22,185 nucleotides of DNA, from positions 1 through 22,185 of the forward strand of contig JBFGZE010000055.1 of NCBI GenBank assembly GCA_041586955.1, given 5' to 3'. Under the pieces are notes generated by a model. That model saw only the letters and a program-made list of their open reading frames with translations, had not been told where the DNA came from and did no database searches. The position numbers were made by a program, and so were the translations under genes. The DNA comes from Bacteriovoracaceae bacterium (GTDB lineage Bacteria > Bdellovibrionota > Bacteriovoracia > Bacteriovoracales > Bacteriovoracaceae). This document shows, in pieces, positions 1 to 7,771 of the stretch; the stretch's first letter is position 1; every line of letters starts with the position of its first letter.

Positions 1-927
1 AATGTTCTTAACTCAGTTACTTATGCCAAAGAAGTTGAAAAAGATGCCAAAAAAATTAAAGGTGTTAAAGTCAAAGTTCTTGGCAAGGCCGAACTTAAGA
101 AAGAAAAAATGGGGATGTTTTTATCCGTCAATGCCGGTTCAGCTCACGAACCTCGCTTAGTTCACTTAACATATACTCCAAGTAAGGTGACAAAAAACAC
201 TAAGCATATTGCTCTCGTCGGAAAAGGCCTAACCTTTGATACCGGAGGCTACTCATTAAAGCCCGGCGGTTCAATGGTAAATATGAAATTTGATATGGCC
301 GGCTCGGCCACTATGTATGGGGCCTTCCGCGCCATCGCTATGCTTGGAGTGGATGTTAAAGTTTCATGCTACCTCGGTATGACAGATAATGCTGTTAACG
401 AACATGCGACTATGCCAGACTCTATTGTCACTGCTCGTAATGGTAAGACTGTAGAAATTCTTAATACTGATGCCGAAGGCCGTTTAGTTCTTGGTGATGT
501 TTTAAGTTATGCCTCAGACCAAAAACCCGATGCTCTTATCGATGCAGCAACCTTAACAGGTGCTTGTTTAGTTTCCCTCGGTACAGAAGTCTGTGGCCTT
601 ATGGGTAACGATAAAAAACTAGCAGAGCAATTACTTAAAGCGGCAACAAATTGTGATGAATATATGTGGGAGCTACCCATTATCCCTGAGTTTAGAGAGG
701 ATATGAAATCACCAATTGCTGACCTTAAAAATATTGGTGGTTCTCGTTTTGGTGGAACTTCCAAAGCAGCGGCCTTCCTAGAAAACTTTGTTGGTGAAGA
801 CATCAAATGGGCACACCTTGATATTGCAGGAATTGGCGATGGCCAATCTCACTTGCCCTATTGTCCTGCGAAAGGGGCCTCTGGCCTAGTCGTTAGAACA
901 TTAGTTAATTATATCGATAATGCCTAA
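1..927 (+). CDS. pepA: Leucyl aminopeptidase (M17 family), 5'-truncated by the window edge
   Basis: The frame is open from base 1 (NVLNSVTYAKEVE...KMGMF). M17 motifs: GKGLTFDTGG, MKFDMAG, NTDAEGRL, ATLTGA, WAHLDIAG. Confidence 0.95.
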   Translation, partial: NVLNSVTYAKEVEKDAKKIKGVKVKVLGKAELKKEKMGMFLSVNAGSAHEPRLVHLTYTPSKVTKNTKHIALVGKGLTFDTGGYSLKPGGSMVNMKFDMAGSATMYGAFRAIAMLGVDVKVSCYLGMTDNAVNEHATMPDSIVTARNGKTVEILNTDAEGRLVLGDVLSYASDQKPDALIDAATLTGACLVSLGTEVCGLMGNDKKLAEQLLKAATNCDEYMWELPIIPEFREDMKSPIADLKNIGGSRFGGTSKAAAFLENFVGEDIKWAHLDIAGIGDGQSHLPYCPAKGASGLVVRTLVNYIDNA

Positions 928-1393
928 ACCATTACCATTAAGTATTGTTTTATATACGCCCGATATTCCCGGAAACACCGGAAGTATTGGGCGTACTTGC
1001 GTTGCTCTAGGTATGCGCCTCATCCTCATTCGGCCATTAGGCTTTGATATTGATGAAAAGGCCGTTCGGCGGGCCGGACTCGATTATTGGAAATATGTCG
1101 ACCTTGTCATTTATGATAATTGGGATCAATTTCTTGAAAAGGAAGCTCCTCAGGATTCTCAATTATTTTTCTTTTCAAAAACAGCACAGTCCCAATACTA
1201 TTATCAGGCCCAATTCAATTCAAACTCTTATCTTGTCTTTGGTTCAGAAACAAAGGGTCTGCCCCAGCATATTTTTGAAACATACCCACAAAATATGTAC
1301 TCCTTACCTATGTTCAGTGAACATATCAGAAGCCTCAACCTCTCCAATGCCGCTACAGCAGTGATGTATGAAGCTCTCAGACAAAACCTTTAA
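920..1393 (+). CDS. trmL: tRNA (cytidine/uridine-34 2'-O)-methyltransferase, SPOUT family
   Basis: PDIPGNTGSIGRTC, RRAGLDYW, FGSETKGLP, RSLNLSNA motifs; 157 aa; overlaps the pepA stop. Confidence 0.93.
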   Translation: MPKPLPLSIVLYTPDIPGNTGSIGRTCVALGMRLILIRPLGFDIDEKAVRRAGLDYWKYVDLVIYDNWDQFLEKEAPQDSQLFFFSKTAQSQYYYQAQFNSNSYLVFGSETKGLPQHIFETYPQNMYSLPMFSEHIRSLNLSNAATAVMYEALRQNL

Positions 1394-1436
1394 TGACTCA
1401 GGAATAGACCTCAAGACCAATTAAATCCCCCAGCGA

Positions 1437-3137
1437 TTAAAAGCGATTCGGGCATTGGTATTCAAAAACCAATTTACGATCAAAAAGGCCATCTACTTTC
1501 TTAGGCCTAAACCATAAATATTGAAGGCCCAAGAGTGAGTTTTCCCTCTTATTGTTTTCATTCCACTTCTTACAAGTGACTATGGAATAGCGGTGAAAAT
1601 AAGAGCGGTACCTTTTTCTTAAAAGGTTGTGATTCCATAAACGCTGGCGATGATTATCAAAGGGAATTAATTTCTTTTGTGGTGGCCGAAAAATATTATC
1701 ATGGCGTTTATTATGAAGATCATACTGACTACCATTTTTAAAGGTCCCAAGCCATACCCAATGGCCATTATACAAATTAGCGCTACCGTAAAAATTCCAT
1801 CTCTCTTTAATTCCTGTTATTTTCTGCACCTTTGCCAAGAGCTGCCCACTCAGTGGATCTTTAATCCCTAATGAACGACTCCAGGAAAAAATAATAATGA
1901 TCACTAATAAGACGCTTCCTATATTTTTGGCAATGAGGCCGTTAAAAGGTAAATACCATGAGGATTGAGGTAAAAAAGAATAATAACGAGTGCGATTTCT
2001 TTCTAAATGGCTGTAAAACTTATTTCCAAGGCGATTGACCCACTTAATATTACCGACATAGTAAACCCAAAAAAATAGGGGTGAGTATTTCAATAACTCT
2101 ATTCCAGCGTCAAAGCAAAAATAAGGCTGCTCATCAATCATGACCACCCATGATTTTTTCTCTTCAAATAAAGAGATGACCTTGGGGTTATTACGCCCAT
2201 TATAAAACCAGCCAGGAGGCAAAATGGTGAACATTTGTAAAAAATTAATCGACCAGGTACAAAAACCACAATCACCATCATAGAAAACTTTAATATTTTT
2301 CTTATCCCAATATTCATGTAATTTTTCTCGCGCCATTCTCCAATAATCACTTGGAATAAATGCACTCCATAAAATAAAGGGAAGCAGACCTAAAAACCCC
2401 GTGTGAAAGGAAAACCAAATTAAAAGGTGATAGGCCCAAAAAATATGAATGACGATCCAGCGCCACCAGGATCTTTTAAAGGGAATGAATAATAATAAAG
2501 GCGTTATCAATTCAATCATTAAAGAAATATTGCCAAGAATGTCACTAAAAATCGTTTTATTCCCTAACCATTGGCCAAAGGGAGTCACAAAGCCTGGCAT
2601 CTGGAAAATTGTTTCCATTCCCATGGTTAAATCAAACCCGTTAAGAAACTTGAGCCAGGCACTGCCAAAGTAGAGGCAAAAAACCTGAAGCCAGATTAAG
2701 CAATCCCCCCACTCTCTTGAACTTGCTTCTTTTTTGCAGTCTCGCCTCAATATCCGATCCAGAGAATAAGCATTCCCCCAGGGAAGAAAGACGCCAATTA
2801 ATAAAAGAATCCGCAACAAAATATCGAGCTCATCAATAATAAGTGGATTTGCCAAATGAAAGAGATAAAGGGAAAAAAAACAAAGAAAGGAGCTGATTGC
2901 AGTATAAAAACCAAGCGCTAAGAAAAAACCTGAGAAACCTAATAATAGAGTTAAAAAAAAGGCAAAAAAAGTGCCAAAAAATGGAGATAAGTTTAAAAAT
3001 TCTCCCCCAATGAGTCCATTGGGCCCCCAATGAGACGGAAAATTCCCCAATTGAGTGAGCGCTAGCCCCATAACCAGGGAGCTAACTCCCAATCTCAGTA
3101 CTGCTAATGACTCTGGTGCTAATTTTATCCATTTCAT
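1437..3137 (-). CDS. HTTM-type (gamma-carboxylase-like) polytopic membrane protein with an internal DCC1/DUF393 thiol-disulfide oxidoreductase-like domain
   Basis: N-terminal SLAVLR, LPWGNAYSLD, LQVFCLYFGSAWLK and IEL...LL motifs typical of HTTM proteins; internal VFYDGDCGFC (DCC1-like); C-terminal WNFY-containing soluble domain. Start moved to ATG 3137 because the longer ORF start lies inside a terminator hairpin. Confidence 0.72.
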   Translation of the reverse strand: MKWIKLAPESLAVLRLGVSSLVMGLALTQLGNFPSHWGPNGLIGGEFLNLSPFFGTFFAFFLTLLLGFSGFFLALGFYTAISSFLCFFSLYLFHLANPLIIDELDILLRILLLIGVFLPWGNAYSLDRILRRDCKKEASSREWGDCLIWLQVFCLYFGSAWLKFLNGFDLTMGMETIFQMPGFVTPFGQWLGNKTIFSDILGNISLMIELITPLLLFIPFKRSWWRWIVIHIFWAYHLLIWFSFHTGFLGLLPFILWSAFIPSDYWRMAREKLHEYWDKKNIKVFYDGDCGFCTWSINFLQMFTILPPGWFYNGRNNPKVISLFEEKKSWVVMIDEQPYFCFDAGIELLKYSPLFFWVYYVGNIKWVNRLGNKFYSHLERNRTRYYSFLPQSSWYLPFNGLIAKNIGSVLLVIIIIFSWSRSLGIKDPLSGQLLAKVQKITGIKERWNFYGSANLYNGHWVWLGTFKNGSQYDLHNKRHDNIFRPPQKKLIPFDNHRQRLWNHNLLRKRYRSYFHRYSIVTCKKWNENNKRENSLLGLQYLWFRPKKVDGLFDRKLVFEYQCPNRF

Positions 3138-3162
3138 GGCTAGATAATAACTGATTGATATT

Positions 3163-3197
3163 AAAAAGAAAAAGGGATGCTTGCGCATCCCTTTTTT
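3163..3197. terminator. Intrinsic terminator, potentially bidirectional, best on the minus strand
   Basis: GGGATGC-loop-GCATCCC perfect 7-bp stem flanked by A and T tracts. On the minus strand the loop is a GCAA (GNRA) tetraloop followed by TTTTTCTTTTT. Confidence 0.8.
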
Positions 3198-3300
3198 ATA
3201 TAGAAAACGGAAACCCTAAAATTGGAGGCATTTCCGATTGAAAAGGAGTCCACCATTTACGCTGCAAAAGGAGCTTCACCAATGGGGGGCCTTCTTTTTT
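3163..3300 (-). ncRNA. Candidate small RNA with repeated CUCC/CUCCUUUU (anti-SD-like) motifs
   Basis: Strong terminator between two divergent genes; extended -10 TGG-TAGTGT at 3315-3307; internal hairpin 3208-3236; duplicated motif at 3241-3256 and 3266-3283. Confidence 0.4.
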
Positions 3301-3363
3301 ACATTCACACTACCAAGCAGCGCGCTGCGCAACTATAATTTTCCTTAAAAAGGCCTTAAACAA

Positions 3364-4086
3364 ATGCTTAGACCTATACACTTATTAACATTAATTCTCC
3401 TCATTCTTCCAAGAATTGGCCATGCCTTATTGCATGGAAAATATCCTCGCAAGGAAGTGGGCCAAGAAAAGGCAGACCTTAGGCCTTACGCCCAAATCGG
3501 CCATATCGAGCCAGGTTGTACTGGGACATTAGTCGGCCCCCGCCACGTTTTAACAGCAGCACATTGCCTATTTCCCCTGGCCCTTAAAGAGCTAGGTCCA
3601 ATGGATCCCTCTGAGCTGTATTTTTACCTGACTTCTACTGAAGGGGTACCTTCAGATATTTCCTCTGAAGTGGTCTCTTTTTATTTTAATAAAAAATTTC
3701 TCAAAAGATTTGGCGCAGATAAATACGATTGGGCGATTCTTGTACTTAGAGAAGACCTGGGAAATCAAAGAGGTATTTTGCCAATCTCCCATCTAGACTT
3801 AAGCGAAAGGCCTTTAAGTATTATTGGTTACCCTGCAGATAAAATTGAGCATTCTATGTGGGAGGCCAATTGCCCGTCAGGCCTGTCCCTCTTTAAGTCG
3901 AACCGTAAATATAAATGTGATACGGAAGGAGGAATGAGTGGCGCTCCCCATACCTATTATCTTCAAGACGATACCTATTATATAACTGGACTTCATACCC
4001 AGGGATCGTCAAACAATAATAAAGGCATTCAATTCAGCAAAAAAACCATCAGGGAGATAAAGAAATTTATTCTCTCAACTCCATAA
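3364..4086 (+). CDS. Secreted trypsin-like serine protease (V8/glutamyl endopeptidase-like, S1B)
   Basis: Signal peptide; CTGTLVGPRHVLTAAHC (His), DWAIL (Asp), CDTEGGMSGAP (Ser), GLHT; TATAAT at 3334-3339. Confidence 0.88.
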   Translation: MLRPIHLLTLILLILPRIGHALLHGKYPRKEVGQEKADLRPYAQIGHIEPGCTGTLVGPRHVLTAAHCLFPLALKELGPMDPSELYFYLTSTEGVPSDISSEVVSFYFNKKFLKRFGADKYDWAILVLREDLGNQRGILPISHLDLSERPLSIIGYPADKIEHSMWEANCPSGLSLFKSNRKYKCDTEGGMSGAPHTYYLQDDTYYITGLHTQGSSNNNKGIQFSKKTIREIKKFILSTP

Positions 4087-4090
4087 TCAT

Positions 4091-4843
4091 TTAATTTTTA
4101 TAAATATTTAAGTTGCCAGACATCGAAGCAAAAATAAGCTTGGACTTCTTCTTTTTCTTAGAGACATTAAAGGGGTTTATCATTTTACCGCTATCTGAAT
4201 CAAAAGTAATATTTGGAAAAACTCCTCGTTGAAAACCTAAATGGAGATTGCCTGAAACAGATTGAAATTTTAATTGCTCGGAGCCTGAAAAGATTTTTTG
4301 AATGACGACCTGGCCTGAAACAGTATTCATTTCAACGTCCCCATATAATTTCACAATTTTTAAGTCACCACTCACACTATTAAAATTCATTGAACCTTTA
4401 AAATTGCGTATATTGAGGTTTCCACTAACAGTTTGAAAGTTTAAATCATCGGAAATCAAACGCTTTGCCACCAGATCGCCCGAAACATTGGAAACATTAA
4501 GAGATAATTTCTTTCCTTTGGGAATAATGATTTTTAGTTGGGATTGATATTTTTGACTGATAAAATTCGCTAAATCTGCTGTTTTCTTTTTGGGCAATTT
4601 TATTTTAAGACTTAAGTTTTTAGCATCTTTATTATTAAAATCGATGATATGATCTTTCATGCCACGAAATTCAATTTTAAAAACCTTCCCCTTTTGTTCA
4701 GAAATCAGAATGACTGTTTCTACCGCTTCTATTTGCAGTGAAGCGACCTTTGAGGCATCGTTAATAATATGATCCCAATCTTGTTGGTCTTTAGAGGCGG
4801 TGGCATTAAATGAAAGGGCAAAAAAGAGAAGTAATGAGCGCAT
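4091..4843 (-). CDS. Exported DUF4097-like (putative adhesin, beta-solenoid repeat) protein
   Basis: Signal peptide; repeated xVSG[DNQ][LV] motifs (NVSGDL, TVSGNL, SVSGDL, TVSGQV, SVSGNL, SMSGNL). Confidence 0.72.
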   Translation of the reverse strand: MRSLLLFFALSFNATASKDQQDWDHIINDASKVASLQIEAVETVILISEQKGKVFKIEFRGMKDHIIDFNNKDAKNLSLKIKLPKKKTADLANFISQKYQSQLKIIIPKGKKLSLNVSNVSGDLVAKRLISDDLNFQTVSGNLNIRNFKGSMNFNSVSGDLKIVKLYGDVEMNTVSGQVVIQKIFSGSEQLKFQSVSGNLHLGFQRGVFPNITFDSDSGKMINPFNVSKKKKKSKLIFASMSGNLNIYKN

Positions 4844-4887
4844 AATTTACCTTAGATAAGTTATGCCATTTTTAACATGAAGCTCCA

Positions 4888-5619
4888 TTAATGACAAGAT
4901 GGGGGTTCCGCCAAAGGCCGTTCTTTCTGCAGCGCACCCAAAACTTCTGGGCCACTATGAATCCTCAGCGAGAGGCCAGTCAGCCCAATAACAATCAAAA
5001 GAGTCCCCATCAATTGCGGGGATCGAGATCCAAAAACAGAAAAAACTTTGGCCAATAATTGCTTCCCTAAAATAAAAACCGGGAGGGTTCCCGACCAAAA
5101 GAGAATAATCGAGAGGTAGGCAATACCTAAGTTCTTGATTCCTAAAAGAGCAAAAAACAAGGTGTAAAGTAGACCGCAGGGAAGAAAAATAGAAAGGCTT
5201 CCTAAAATAAAAGACGAGAGAGGAATGCCCTTGCGATTTAACCCACCCGTCACCCTTTCATAAATGCGTCCCATAAAAGCTGGTGCCAGAGCATCAATAT
5301 TACGGGACTTCCAAAGACGAAGGCCCAAACCGATAAAAGTAATGAAAAAAAAGATCGCGGCAAAATGAAAGAACCAAGGAAAAACTTGAGTTTGTAATAA
5401 GGCCTTCCCCATAAATGATAAGAGGGTCATTAAAATAAGATAACTTAATAAGCGACCTAAATGATAAAAGGCATGGCCCTTTTTATCTTGAGCGATAGCA
5501 TAAACGAGTCCACCACACATCCCCATACAATGAAGACTACCACTTAATCCGACGATTAAGGCCAAAATTGGTACGATAGTAAAACTACTATCGTGAATTT
5601 GATGTATAAGGTCCCACAA
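4888..5619 (-). CDS. DsbD_2/TauE-SafE/UreH-like membrane protein associated with cbb3 biogenesis
   Basis: GSLHCMGMCG and FLPCGLLY motifs, multiple TM helices, last gene of the cco operon, overlapping the ccoG end. Confidence 0.85.
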   Translation of the reverse strand: MWDLIHQIHDSSFTIVPILALIVGLSGSLHCMGMCGGLVYAIAQDKKGHAFYHLGRLLSYLILMTLLSFMGKALLQTQVFPWFFHFAAIFFFITFIGLGLRLWKSRNIDALAPAFMGRIYERVTGGLNRKGIPLSSFILGSLSIFLPCGLLYTLFFALLGIKNLGIAYLSIILFWSGTLPVFILGKQLLAKVFSVFGSRSPQLMGTLLIVIGLTGLSLRIHSGPEVLGALQKERPLAEPPSCH

Positions 5620-7012
5620 GCTTAACCTCTCTCTTTAATAACTCAATCTCTTCACCTTCATCGTTTTTATCATAAAAAATGATGGCAATAGGCAAGCTGC
5701 CTCCACGAAATAAGGAGCGAGGCGCTTTGAGGAAAAAATGAGTTTTCTGTTTTCCCCTTCCCTTCAATGTATAGGGATTCATCGGTGCGATGAGCTTAAT
5801 TCCCAAATCCCTATATTTGGGGGGCAATTTAAAATACACTTTTTTAGTAACGGTATTCTGATAATAGAGACTCACTTTAAAATGGTTTACCACCAAATCT
5901 TTTTCAATACGAAAAGTCTCACCACGCCCGCGCACTAACACTGCTCGCAGATCGTCCTTATGCGAGAGAAAAAGGGTAGACACGCCAAAAAGAACGATTA
6001 AAACAAGGCCATATAAAAAAGTGCGGAAACGAAAGGGATGAGACAGCCGCCCCTCTAAGGCATTTTCAGTAGTATAACGAATCAGGCCTCGAGGCCTTTT
6101 TAAACGATCCATGATATTATCACAGGCATCAATACAGGCGGTACAAGCGATACATTCTAATTGCATTCCATTGCGGATATCAATACCGGTTGGACATACC
6201 TTGACGCATTGAAAGCAATTAACACAATCCCCTTCATTTTCCCGCGACAATCCAGGCGCCCTGCGAGGTTCGCCCCGCCCATAATCATAACCGACAGTAA
6301 TTGAATCAGAGTCCATCATGACCGATTGCATACGCCCATAAGGGCACATAATGATACAAAATTGCTCGCGAAACCAACCAAAATCAAAAAGAAGAATCCC
6401 CGAAATGACTAACATGGTGATAAACAACGGCCAATTCTCCAAGGGAGACTGCATCGATATTGCGAGCAGATGCCTGGTTCCCACAAAATAACCCAAAAAT
6501 GAATGGGTGATATGAAGAGAAACGATGGTAAAAAGAAACCACTTGAGGGACTTTTTCCAAATTTTTTCAAAAGAAATATTGGCCTTATCTAGACGCATTC
6601 GAGTGCGAGAAGCCCCCTCGATAAGAACTTCAATTTTACGAAAAATGGCCTCAATGAAGACCGTTTGAGGACAGGCCCAACCACACCAGACACGACCGAA
6701 AATTGATGTCAAAAAGGCCATCAAAAAGGGAAAACCCAAAAGAAAGAAAATCAAATAAGGGGTATCATGGCCATAAAAACGAAAACCAAAAAAGGTAAAT
6801 TCCCTTCTGGTGATATCGATTAGAACCCATTGCTCCCCATTGATATAAATCCAGGGAAGAACCAGATAGAGAAGAATAAGAAACCAATAAAAATATTGAC
6901 GCCTACTCTTCCAGGTCCCCTTTAGGTCTTCCGGATGAATATAGACACGCTTGCCATACTCATCCGTAGTTTGTAACCGCTCTGATTTTCGATCGTAGAT
7001 ATTGCTCATCAT
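5588..7012 (-). CDS. ccoG: cbb3 oxidase accessory polyferredoxin/cupric reductase CcoG
   Basis: GRVWCGWACPQT, REQFCIIMCPY, CVNCFQCVKVCPTGIDIR, CIACTACIDACD; ATGA overlap with ccoP. Confidence 0.95.
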   Translation of the reverse strand: MMSNIYDRKSERLQTTDEYGKRVYIHPEDLKGTWKSRRQYFYWFLILLYLVLPWIYINGEQWVLIDITRREFTFFGFRFYGHDTPYLIFFLLGFPFLMAFLTSIFGRVWCGWACPQTVFIEAIFRKIEVLIEGASRTRMRLDKANISFEKIWKKSLKWFLFTIVSLHITHSFLGYFVGTRHLLAISMQSPLENWPLFITMLVISGILLFDFGWFREQFCIIMCPYGRMQSVMMDSDSITVGYDYGRGEPRRAPGLSRENEGDCVNCFQCVKVCPTGIDIRNGMQLECIACTACIDACDNIMDRLKRPRGLIRYTTENALEGRLSHPFRFRTFLYGLVLIVLFGVSTLFLSHKDDLRAVLVRGRGETFRIEKDLVVNHFKVSLYYQNTVTKKVYFKLPPKYRDLGIKLIAPMNPYTLKGRGKQKTHFFLKAPRSLFRGGSLPIAIIFYDKNDEGEEIELLKREVKLVGPYTSNSR

Positions 7013-7605
7013 TCCACTTTGTATAGGGGAAATTCTTCACCCTGTGGTTCTTTCTTTTTATCATGAGCCATCCCCTGGAGGGATATGATATAAGCGAGAA
7101 CAGAGTAAATTTCATCCTCATCTAAATATTCACCCCAAGCTGGCATACCGCCTTCGGGATTACCTTTAATAATAAAAGGATAAATCGTTTTAGGAGTGCC
7201 TTCAGCATAAAGCCAAAAAGCATCTGTTAGATTAGGGCCAATATCACCGGCAGCATTTTGATTATGGCAGGATTGGCAATTTTGCTCATAAAGGGCCTTC
7301 CCCAATCCCACCATCTCAGGTGTCTTGGCATGAGATTTAAATTTCTCTGAATCGAACTTTGATAATTGTTCCAAATACGCTTGCTGAGTTTTTTTATGGG
7401 CCTGAATGTCTTGGCCATAGGCCTGCTTCAAATCAACACCATCAGCGATACTATAATGGTAAAAATAGAAAATACCAAAAATGACGGTGCCATAAAAGGT
7501 AACAAGCCACCACCTTGGAAGAGGGTAATCCAATTCCTGGATACCATCATAATCATGATCAAGTAATAATTCTTTATCTTCTTCTCTAATATCGTTATCT
7601 TTCAT
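7009..7605 (-). CDS. ccoP: cbb3-type cytochrome c oxidase subunit III (monoheme CcoP)
   Basis: HDYDGIQELDYPLPRWW N-terminal signature; one CQSCH heme motif; GPNLTD and GMPAW. Start set at ATG 7605 (GAAGGG upstream); the track start is 7620. Confidence 0.93.
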   Translation of the reverse strand: MKDNDIREEDKELLLDHDYDGIQELDYPLPRWWLVTFYGTVIFGIFYFYHYSIADGVDLKQAYGQDIQAHKKTQQAYLEQLSKFDSEKFKSHAKTPEMVGLGKALYEQNCQSCHNQNAAGDIGPNLTDAFWLYAEGTPKTIYPFIIKGNPEGGMPAWGEYLDEDEIYSVLAYIISLQGMAHDKKKEPQGEEFPLYKVE

Positions 7606-7771
7606 AGATCTGCCCTTCATTTAAAGCGCTCTTAGCGATTTCTTGATAATGCTTTTTTCCAAACTTACGGAAAGTCCAAAGCAAAGCACCTAGGTAAACT
7701 GCTAGGAATAGAAAAAAACCAATGGTTGGTAAATAGGTCATATCAAAACTCGACAATACTAAACTTTTCAT
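7595..7771 (-). CDS. ccoQ: cbb3 oxidase small subunit CcoQ (58 aa; not in ORF track)
   Basis: Manual translation MKSLVLSSFDMTYLPTIGFFLFLAVYLGALLWTFRKFGKKHYQEIAKSALNEGQIYER: one TM helix, basic stretch, ATGA overlap with the ccoNO stop, GGAGGATGAGG upstream. Confidence 0.85.
   Translation of the reverse strand: MKSLVLSSFDMTYLPTIGFFLFLAVYLGALLWTFRKFGKKHYQEIAKSALNEGQIYER

Noticed and set aside
2870..2985. Several A7-A9 homopolymer runs as possible phase-variation tracts
   Set aside because: They encode Phe-rich TM segments on the minus strand in an AT-rich genome, and the frame is intact.
3138..3188. N-terminal extension MRKHPFFFLISISYYLA of the HTTM ORF
   Set aside because: Its ATG lies in the terminator stem and the extension translates the U-tract and -10 region.
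3200..3300. Possible c-di-GMP-I riboswitch (GGAAAC-like start)
   Set aside because: The GNRA tetraloop/receptor and GCAAAG core elements could not be found.
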